30,038 bases of DNA from a virus (lineage: Duplodnaviria > Caudoviricetes): positions 1 through 30,038 of the IMG/VR virus record IMGVR_UViG_3300040811_002370, one strand, 5' to 3'. Of this stretch, positions 18,802 through 25,714 are shown in pieces. The notes below the pieces were generated by a model. That model saw only the letters and a list, made by a program, of their open reading frames with translations. It was not told the origin of the DNA and did not search any database. Positions within the stretch are counted from its first letter, which is position 1; each line of letters begins with the position of its first letter. The position numbers and the translations under genes are program-made.

Positions 18802-19008
18802 TCAGTTCAGAATGTGACGATAATCAATGAACTTAACGCACCAACCATAGGCACAGGTAATCTCTTCGACAAGATCCTCCTCATCATCTGCCTCCCAGAT
18901 TTGACCAAGAACCTCATCATAGATCTCATCTTGTGATTCGACATCAAGTGCCTCATCATCAAGATCATCAGTGAAGTCAAACTCGATTTCAGTGACTTGG
19001 AACTGCAT
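18802..19008 (-). CDS. Highly acidic small early protein
   Basis: VTEIEFDF...WEADDEEDLVEEITCAYGWCV..IDY. Own promoter and palindrome at 19069. Confidence 0.8.
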   Translation of the reverse strand: MQFQVTEIEFDFTDDLDDEALDVESQDEIYDEVLGQIWEADDEEDLVEEITCAYGWCVKFIDYRHILN

Positions 19009-19078
19009 GGGTGATGTCCCGTAAACAATGGTAGTATTGCAGGGATCTCATGAGAACACAAGATCCCTTGTGACAGTT

Positions 19079-19354
19079 CTAGAACTGGGTGGTTTTTATG
19101 ATCTCCTCTGCAAGATCATTACCTACAACACCAGCGATGAACTCTTGTGTGGAATCATCATCCTCACCTTCTGCAACCCAAATATCTTCGATCAACATTG
19201 CAACATCAGTATCACTTTGGCCAGGATTTTTGTCAAAGGATTGCATCATCATCTGCATTGCATAAGAGAACAAATCATCTGCCTCCATGTTATCAATAAC
19301 TCGATAACAATGTGCAGTCAGCAGATCGGAAACTTGTTCAGAAGTGAGAGCCAT
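19079..19354 (-). CDS. Acidic early protein, likely paralog of 17886-18071
   Basis: Start reassigned to MALTSEQV. Shares R(I/V)(V/I).NM...DL. Confidence 0.7.
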   Translation of the reverse strand: MALTSEQVSDLLTAHCYRVIDNMEADDLFSYAMQMMMQSFDKNPGQSDTDVAMLIEDIWVAEGEDDDSTQEFIAGVVGNDLAEEIIKTTQF

Positions 19355-19494
19355 GAGAAGAAATGTCCTCGACCCCCATAAGATACCAACACCACCAGCA
19401 CCACACCAGCCAGCTTGTGCCAGTGGTTGTTCTGTCCCATCAGCGCCACACCAGCTGGATCTCATGCCTTATGATAGTATCAACAACAAGGGGA

Positions 19495-19539
19495 GAGCAC
19501 GAAGCTCGATGACGAACAGTAAGCCACGCTAACCCTGCC
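19495..19539 (+). ncRNA. 45-nt repeat element, copy 7
   Basis: Core identical to copy 5. TATGAT -10 at 19470. Confidence 0.65.
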
Positions 19540-19563
19540 ATGAAATAGTTAAGTATTAAGAAT

Positions 19564-19585
19564 AAAAAAAGGGATTGCTCCCTTT
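19564..19585 (-). terminator. Intrinsic terminator
   Basis: AAAGGGA-ttgc-TCCCTTT (GCAA loop on minus) with T tail. Confidence 0.7.
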
Positions 19586-19591
19586 ATTATA

Positions 19592-19801
19592 TCATAATGC
19601 AATCTCTACCCAATAACAATCAGGAGCTTCTTCATCTTGATAACTTGTAACAAGACCTTTTGTAATCAGTTGTCCCAGAACTCCAGCTGTAACATGATCA
19701 TTATTGAAAGGTGTGATCTCATGTAACCAACCACACCCAGGTTGATCCATTCCCTCTTTGATAGAATCCAGAAGCTGTTGTTCCTTATCAGTCAGAGTCA
19801 T
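19592..19801 (-). CDS. Hypothetical early protein, possible winged-helix
   Basis: LTDKEQQLL...GVLGQLITKGLV pattern. Confidence 0.7.
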   Translation of the reverse strand: MTLTDKEQQLLDSIKEGMDQPGCGWLHEITPFNNDHVTAGVLGQLITKGLVTSYQDEEAPDCYWVEIAL

Positions 19802-19938
19802 GAGAAGAATCTCTTTCGACTCTCATAAGATACATCAGGATCCAATGCCAGTAAAGCAGTCTTGTGCCAGTGATTCTTCTGGCACATCATGTGTCCCATA
19901 AGGTGCTGTGGGTCTTATGATAGTATCAAATCAAACGA

Positions 19939-19983
19939 GGCTAAGAAGGCCGATGACGACAAGTAAGCCACAGTCACCCTACC
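19939..19983 (+). ncRNA. 45-nt repeat element, copy 8
   Basis: Consensus except final CCCTACC. TATGAT -10 at 19916. Confidence 0.65.
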
Positions 19984-20077
19984 AAAAAATACGAAAAACG
20001 AAAATAAAAAATCAAAAAATCATAAAAATTAAAAAATCTTATGGGAGCCTGACATACCATCAGACTCCCTAATACTA

Positions 20078-20446
20078 TCACACACCTAGGTAAAAATCAT
20101 CACGATTCCCATACATCAGGTGATACCATTGTTCTTCTGTCTCTACTTCTACCTCACGATGTTGTTCATCTAGTTCTACATCATAAAGTCCACCACGCTC
20201 ACCAGCATCCACTGCCTCATGATAAGGTGCATTGAGTTCACGATACACATGATCCACTGCAATCTTGTAAGCTTTATCTACTGCATCAGCCCACACATAA
20301 AACCTATCAGTCTCAATAGTATTCTCCTGGATATTGTATGCTTTCCAGGTTTGGAAGCAATAACGAAATGCCGTTTGATCCTTATACTTGAAAGTATCAG
20401 TGCCGATCAGCTCGATACCACCAAGACCAAAATACTTTTGAGCCAT
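20078..20446 (-). CDS. Hypothetical early protein
   Basis: 122 aa, CTTCTCATG start context shared with neighbouring modules. Confidence 0.75.
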   Translation of the reverse strand: MAQKYFGLGGIELIGTDTFKYKDQTAFRYCFQTWKAYNIQENTIETDRFYVWADAVDKAYKIAVDHVYRELNAPYHEAVDAGERGGLYDVELDEQHREVEVETEEQWYHLMYGNRDDFYLGV

Positions 20447-20588
20447 GAGAAGAAAACGGATTTCCGACTTATTCAGAATACATCAGATCTCACCAGAAAA
20501 ACCACCTGTCAGCCAGTTAAACGACTGTCCACTGTCTGGCTCATGAGGTGCCATGGGGTCTTATGATTATGGAACAAGAGAAGAGAGA

Positions 20589-20633
20589 GGCTAAGAAGGC
20601 CAGAGACGATAAGTAAGCCACAGTCATCCTGCC
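20589..20633 (+). ncRNA. 45-nt repeat element, copy 9
   Basis: AGA linker variant. TATGAT -10 at 20562. Confidence 0.65.
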
Positions 20634-20657
20634 TTGAAATAATTAAGTATAAACAAA

Positions 20658-21158
20658 TTAACTAATAAGTTTATATCCTTTACATGTTGTATTAGGATTT
20701 CGCAAAGTTTTTAACATTGTGCCAGATGATGGATGATTCAGTGTTTCACGACACCATTTAGTTAAATTTCTAATTTCAATTATCTCCCCAGTTGGAGTTT
20801 GAATCAAACGAGTTTTTGCTTGAGAATACTCTACATTGTCAGCGTTGCTCATCCATTCTAAATTTTCGACTCTATTATCAGTTTTATCCTGGTTAATGTG
20901 ATTAACTGTATCGTAATTATGAGGATTTGCAATGTAAGTTTCAGCAACTAATCTATGAATACTAGTATTTTTTACTCTATTCGTATTTTGTTCTAGTATA
21001 ATTTTCAAGTATCCTTTGCGATCTAGTTGTGGTTTTAATTCTCTTTTATATGAATAATCAAGAACTTTACCTTTGCCGTGACCACCTGGTTTTTTATGAG
21101 AGAATACTCTACCATCAGTTGTGATAGAGTATTCTGGGTAATTCGGAATTTGTTTCAT
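20658..21158 (-). CDS. HNH homing endonuclease (NUMOD4-like N-terminus)
   Basis: IPNYPEYSITTDGRVFS, HRLVAETYIANP and VNHINQDKTDNRVENLEW. Confidence 0.92.
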   Translation of the reverse strand: MKQIPNYPEYSITTDGRVFSHKKPGGHGKGKVLDYSYKRELKPQLDRKGYLKIILEQNTNRVKNTSIHRLVAETYIANPHNYDTVNHINQDKTDNRVENLEWMSNADNVEYSQAKTRLIQTPTGEIIEIRNLTKWCRETLNHPSSGTMLKTLRNPNTTCKGYKLIS

Positions 21159-21210
21159 GTGATTGGGACTAAACTACTTCTATTTATACATAATTCAGTC
21201 CCAATCACAT
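21157..21210 (-). promoter_or_regulatory. Late promoter TATAAATA (21181-21188) inside a 14-bp start-occluding hairpin
   Basis: ATGTGATTGGGACT (21157-21170) and AGTCCCAATCACAT (21197-21210) form a perfect inverted repeat. Confidence 0.85.
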
Positions 21211-21214
21211 TTTA

Positions 21215-21604
21215 CTATCTTTTATATAACCAGCTGCCAGACCAGTCCGCTCTACGATAACATTGCTCACGAGACACTGGATCAAGAAGATTAAATCTCT
21301 CTCCTTTCGCAGGACTACGCCATGATGCTGATTTTAATACTGAACCAGTTTGTTTGTCCACAAAGCAATGTACACTCTTTGATCCTTTTGCGTTCATAAT
21401 GACCTTATAGTATTTTCTGCCCTCTTCGATCTCATAAGAATAGCCAAAATCATAAGTACCATCCGCAATCTCTTGCAGACAACGATTATGATAATCCATG
21501 TTAATTTCGCGTCTCACTGACTCTCTGTGGCTCCTGGTTGAGTACAGTCGGAAGTCAGTCTCCAGTGCATCACAGAGAGAACGGACATAACCAAGGACTT
21601 GCAT
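21215..21604 (-). CDS. Conserved phage hypothetical protein
   Basis: GRKYYKV...SVHCFVDKQTG.VLK.ASW..PAK motif. Start reassigned to MQVLGY. Confidence 0.8.
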   Translation of the reverse strand: MQVLGYVRSLCDALETDFRLYSTRSHRESVRREINMDYHNRCLQEIADGTYDFGYSYEIEEGRKYYKVIMNAKGSKSVHCFVDKQTGSVLKSASWRSPAKGERFNLLDPVSREQCYRRADWSGSWLYKR

Positions 21605-21744
21605 GAGAAGAAAACGGAATCTCAACAATCAAAATATACCTGAAAAATCCTGCGAAAAATCCTGTAGTGGCCAGTTAAACGACTGGCACAGAGCACCCAC
21701 ATACAGTCTCATGAGGCACTAGACTATAAGAACAAGAGAACAGA

Positions 21745-21789
21745 GGCTAAGAAGGCCAGCGACGATAAGTAAGCCACAGTCATCCTGCC
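21745..21789 (+). ncRNA. 45-nt repeat element, copy 10
   Basis: AGC linker variant. TAGACT -10 at 21720. Confidence 0.65.
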
Positions 21790-22050
21790 TTGAAATAATC
21801 GTTACATAAGAATCTTATATATTTAATATTCTTATGAGTCGGATAAGTATCTGATATATCTGATATATTTGAATGTTTTATGAATTGGGGTGGAAACGAT
21901 AAGTACTTGTGATATTTGCGATCCTTATGGGTCGGTGTGGGTCTTATGATTCTTATGCGACTGTGCCACTATTTTTTGTGTCCGCGCCTGTGTGATAAAA
22001 AAGCGTGCGCGTGCTATAATGGGTCGGCTTAAATGGCAAGGTCTCATAAG

Positions 22051-22118
22051 GATTAAATGGTATTAAATGGTATTAAATGGGATTAAATGGGATTAAATGG
22101 GATTAAATGGTATTAAAT
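22051..22118 (+). repeat. Tandem 10-mer (G/T)ATTAAATGG x6 plus partial copy
   Basis: Direct reading. Confidence 0.95.
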
Positions 22119-22120
22119 AA

Positions 22121-22320
22121 CATAAGAAAGAAAAAAACATCATAAGATCTCATAAGCACATAAAAAAGAAAAAAACATCATAAGATCTCATAAGCACATA
22201 AAAAAGAAAAAAACATCATAAGATCTCATAAGCACATAAGAAAGAAAAAAAAACATCATAAGAACAAAAGAAAGAAAAAAACACCATAAGATCTCATAGG
22301 GTAAAAAACATAAGAATTCA
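22121..22320 (+). repeat. 38-bp tandem repeat (3 near-identical plus degenerate units), rich in CATAAG and A tracts
   Basis: CATAAGATCTCATAAGCACATAA at 22141, 22179 and 22217. Confidence 0.9.
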
Positions 22321-22612
22321 TAACATTATATGCGTATACAAGCATATAATCATATAACGATATTGTTATGTTATTGTTACGAATTCATAACAAAAAAACA
22401 ATAAAAAACAATTAAAAAAACATTTTTAATATAAATTTATACAAAAATACGATATTTTTAACCAAATTTCATTATTTTTGGTGATTTCCCATGAGAGCCA
22501 GTGATACCCTTATCCAGGATGTTTAATCATCGTATCAGATGCCGAAGAGAAAAATAAAGTTGAGGATCAATCAATCTCTGATAGTAATAAAAACCAATAA
22601 AATCAAAAGACT

Positions 22613-23809
22613 CTATTGATTTTCTAGACGCTTCACAGCAGACGCTAAATGATGATTGTCACCATTTAGTCTTACTTCCGCTCCACATCCGTAATCGACA
22701 TACTCTGCCGATGAAAGTTCTTGAGAAGTTAGATTTCTCCAACCTTCCTTAAGAATATTGATAGAGGCATTAAGATCTCTATCGTGTTTAGAACCACAAG
22801 AAGGACAAGTCCATTCTCTTATTGAGAGAGACATCTTATCTTCTTTATGTCCGCAAGAACTACAAGTTTTACTTGAAGGAAAGAAACGGTCAATCTTGAT
22901 CAACATTTTTCCATACCAGTTGCACTTGTACTCCAACATAGTAACAAAAGTAGACCATCCTGCATCACTAATGGACTTCGCTAGTTTGTGGTTCTTTAAC
23001 ATACAAGAAACATTTAAGTCCTCAAGAACTATGAGATCAAATGTATTCACTATGGCAGTTGATACATTATGAAGAAAATAAGTTCTTGAATTGACGATAT
23101 TTTCGTGAACTTTGGCAACTTTAATGCGTTGCTTGTTATAGCGATTACTACCTTTGGTTTTACGACTTAAATGTTTTTGGTGCTTCTTAAGTTTAGATTG
23201 GTTCTCTCTAAACCATTTTGGATTGTTAATGACTTGTCCATTGGAAAGAATAAACAAGTCCTTCAAACCCAAATCAATACCTACAACTTTACCAGTTGAG
23301 GGTATTGGATTGAGTTCTTGTTTTACAAGTATAGAAACAAAATATTTTCCTGTAGGAGTTTTAGAAACAGTTATGCTCCTAAAATCGACATCATCGGGAA
23401 TAGGTCTATCAAGAACAACTTCAACAAAACCAATTTTTTCGAGCCTTACCAAAGAATTTTCTTGATCCAATTTAAACTTTTGATTTGGCAACCTAAAAGA
23501 TTGTCTATTAGATTTTTTCTTAAAAGAAGGTCTTCCAAGTTTAACTTTTCGTTTTTTGTTAAAGTATTGTTTCTTGAACTCAATAAAGTCATTTCTTTTT
23601 TGTTGAAGAGTTGAAGCAGAAACTTCTTTTAAGAATCCAAACTCTTCCTGTTCTTTGAGTGTTTTTTCTGTTAATATGACACCATCATTATTATTGAAGT
23701 TTTCGACAAGTTTGTTCCATACAAAACGAACACAACCAAAAGTTTTATTGAGTAAAACTTCTTGTTCTTTTGTAGGATAAATCCTATACTTGTATGCTTT
23801 TAAGTGCAT
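22613..23809 (-). CDS. tnpB: TnpB RNA-guided endonuclease (IS200/IS605 or IS607 OrfB), no tnpA adjacent
   Basis: KAYKYRIYP...FGCVRFVWN N-terminus, RuvC GIDLG / VLEDL / DRDLNA, Zn finger CSSC..CPSC. Confidence 0.95.
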   Translation of the reverse strand: MHLKAYKYRIYPTKEQEVLLNKTFGCVRFVWNKLVENFNNNDGVILTEKTLKEQEEFGFLKEVSASTLQQKRNDFIEFKKQYFNKKRKVKLGRPSFKKKSNRQSFRLPNQKFKLDQENSLVRLEKIGFVEVVLDRPIPDDVDFRSITVSKTPTGKYFVSILVKQELNPIPSTGKVVGIDLGLKDLFILSNGQVINNPKWFRENQSKLKKHQKHLSRKTKGSNRYNKQRIKVAKVHENIVNSRTYFLHNVSTAIVNTFDLIVLEDLNVSCMLKNHKLAKSISDAGWSTFVTMLEYKCNWYGKMLIKIDRFFPSSKTCSSCGHKEDKMSLSIREWTCPSCGSKHDRDLNASINILKEGWRNLTSQELSSAEYVDYGCGAEVRLNGDNHHLASAVKRLENQ

Positions 23810-23814
23810 CTGCT

Positions 23815-23905
23815 CTAATTTTGGTCGTGTACTATTATTTATAAAAATTTTGTTTTTTGGGGAGGAAACAAGTTCCTCCCAACCTAAAAAGCACGACCAA
23901 ATTAG
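23815..23905 (-). promoter_or_regulatory. Late promoter TATAAATA (23836-23843) inside a nested hairpin upstream of tnpB
   Basis: CTAATTTTGGTCGTG / CACGACCAAATTAG arms and inner GGGAGGAA/TTCCTCCC stem. Confidence 0.75.
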
Positions 23906-23919
23906 GCATTATTATTTAG

Positions 23920-24441
23920 TCAAGAATATTTACCAACAAGATACCAAACATAATCATCAGGAGCATCACCTAGATCTGTTTCTGGTGTTTCGGAATAATG
24001 ACCGAATTTCTTTAGTTTTTGTCCTGCTACATCATTATCACAAACAGCTATAATTGGACGATTTAGTGAAAGAAGAAAGTTAATATAGTCTTTTGGTGGA
24101 TCGTTAGTTAGTGTGGCCAATGCAGAGAAGTTTAGACTTGTCATTCTTGCTGCATCAAAGACACCTTCTGTCAGGAATACTGGTTTGTATGGTGAATTAA
24201 GACTCTCAGTACCCCATAAGGTTACAGTGGGATAATGTTTGTTTCTGTAGGTGTAATACTTGGAATGGAGTTTATCCTGAAAAATCGTTTTTGAACCATT
24301 GGGATTATAGAACTGATAACCAGTTAATTGTCCTGATAAGTTGTATAAAAGAAAAGTAGCTGTGTTGGTTGTTTCGTCAATAATTGTTGGGTGGAGATTT
24401 GTGTTAAGATGCCTTTGTTTTAGGTGGGTTTTGATGTTCAT
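23920..24441 (-). CDS. Toprim-domain (primase-like) protein
   Basis: VFLTEGVFDA and AVCDNDVAG motifs. No Zn-binding domain seen. Confidence 0.8.
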   Translation of the reverse strand: MNIKTHLKQRHLNTNLHPTIIDETTNTATFLLYNLSGQLTGYQFYNPNGSKTIFQDKLHSKYYTYRNKHYPTVTLWGTESLNSPYKPVFLTEGVFDAARMTSLNFSALATLTNDPPKDYINFLLSLNRPIIAVCDNDVAGQKLKKFGHYSETPETDLGDAPDDYVWYLVGKYS

Positions 24442-24670
24442 AATTCTTCATAAGAACCAAACGACGCATAAGTTCTGTTGAATTTGGGTTTTTTGCTACG
24501 CAATAACGAACATTACCATACTTATCAGTTGCTAGAACCTTTAGAGCCTCTGGTGGTGTGTTTGGGTTTGTTGCTACCCAATAACGAACCTCCCAATCCT
24601 CATCAGTTGCAAGAACTTCTAATAGTTCTGGTGGTGTGTTTGGGTTTTTTGCTAGTTTATTTTTGTTCAT
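24404..24670 (-). CDS. LRV/HEAT-like repeat protein
   Basis: A.NPNTPPE.L.VLATD....VR repeats. Confidence 0.75.
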   Translation of the reverse strand: MNKNKLAKNPNTPPELLEVLATDEDWEVRYWVATNPNTPPEALKVLATDKYGNVRYCVAKNPNSTELMRRLVLMKNYEHQNPPKTKAS

Positions 24671-24848
24671 TGTTCAGAAGAATAGAAACAAAATTGTTCA
24701 GTTGTTCTCTACAAAAAAATGCAGTGAGAATAAGATCAACTCCAACTAATGCAAGGAAAATATTAAGATTTTGACCAGAAATTAACCAGAAGATTCCAAG
24801 TTCAATGATCTGAGAAATGAAGAATGTGATAATAAGATTTGTTTTCAT
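24657..24848 (-). CDS. Small membrane protein
   Basis: Two hydrophobic segments. Overlaps both neighbours. Confidence 0.6.
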   Translation of the reverse strand: MKTNLIITFFISQIIELGIFWLISGQNLNIFLALVGVDLILTAFFCREQLNNFVSILLNNEQK

Positions 24849-25003
24849 GAGAAATAGTTCATAAGAAACAAACGACGAATGAGTTCTGTTGCATTTGGGT
24901 TTTGTGCTGCCTCATGACGAACAGTCCAATCCTCATCAGTTGCTAGAACTTCTAGAACTTCTGGTGGTGTGTTTGGGTTTCGTGCTAGTTCAATTTTGTT
25001 CAT
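24845..25003 (-). CDS. Short LRV repeat protein (52 aa)
   Basis: Hand translation MNKIELARNPNTPPEVLEVLATDEDWTVRHEAAQNPNATELIRRLFLMNYFS. Confidence 0.7.
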   Translation of the reverse strand: MNKIELARNPNTPPEVLEVLATDEDWTVRHEAAQNPNATELIRRLFLMNYFS

Positions 25004-25631
25004 AATTCTTCATAAGAACCAAACGACGCATAAGTTCTGTTGAATTTGGGTTTTTTGCTACGCAATAACGAACATTACCATACTTATCAGTTGCTAGAAC
25101 CTTTAGAGCCTCTGGTGGTGTGTTTGGGTTTGTTGCTACCCAATAACGAACCTCCCAATCCTCATCAGTTGCTAAAACTTCTAGAACTTCTGGTGGTGTG
25201 TTTGGGTTTTGTGTTACGCAATAACGAACACAAGCATCCTCATCAGTTGCTAGAACTTCTAGAACTTCTTGTGGTGTGTTTAGGTTTCGTGCTGCCCCAT
25301 AACGAACCCCAGAATTCTTATCAGTCGCAAGAACTTCTAGAACTTCTTGTGGTGTGTTTGGGTTTGATGCTACATAAAAACGAACATTCCAATTCTTATC
25401 AGTCGCAAGAACTTTTAATAGTTCTGGTGGTGTGTTTGGGTTTCGTGCTACCCCATAACGAACCCCAGAATTCTTATCAATCGCAAGAACATTTAGAGCC
25501 TCTGGTGGTGTGTTTGGGTTTTTTGCTAGTTTAACTTTTTCATCAAAAGAAAGACTAGAAACATCAGGAGTTTCAACTTCCTTAAGAACCTCAAGGACAA
25601 TAGAGGAAATTTGTTCTGGTGTGTAGTTCAT
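24990..25631 (-). CDS. LRV/HEAT-like repeat protein (six full 26-aa repeats)
   Basis: Start reassigned to MNYTPEQ, downstream of TATAAT (25656-25661, minus). Confidence 0.85.
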   Translation of the reverse strand: MNYTPEQISSIVLEVLKEVETPDVSSLSFDEKVKLAKNPNTPPEALNVLAIDKNSGVRYGVARNPNTPPELLKVLATDKNWNVRFYVASNPNTPQEVLEVLATDKNSGVRYGAARNLNTPQEVLEVLATDEDACVRYCVTQNPNTPPEVLEVLATDEDWEVRYWVATNPNTPPEALKVLATDKYGNVRYCVAKNPNSTELMRRLVLMKNYEQN

Positions 25632-25714
25632 TTGGGGTTGGTTGCTTATGAAGTCATTATAAAGCAAAGCACCACCCCTGAGAAGAGGTGATGTGACAGT
25701 TTTTTGGGTGTCCA

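Noticed and set aside
14484-21789. 45-nt repeats as a CRISPR array
   Set aside because: Spacing is 0.4-1.5 kb with whole genes in between, the repeats vary internally, and no cas genes are present.
13989-21800. Integron attC cassette array
   Set aside because: No GTTRRRY/RYYYAAC boxes or long imperfect palindrome, and no integrase in the window.
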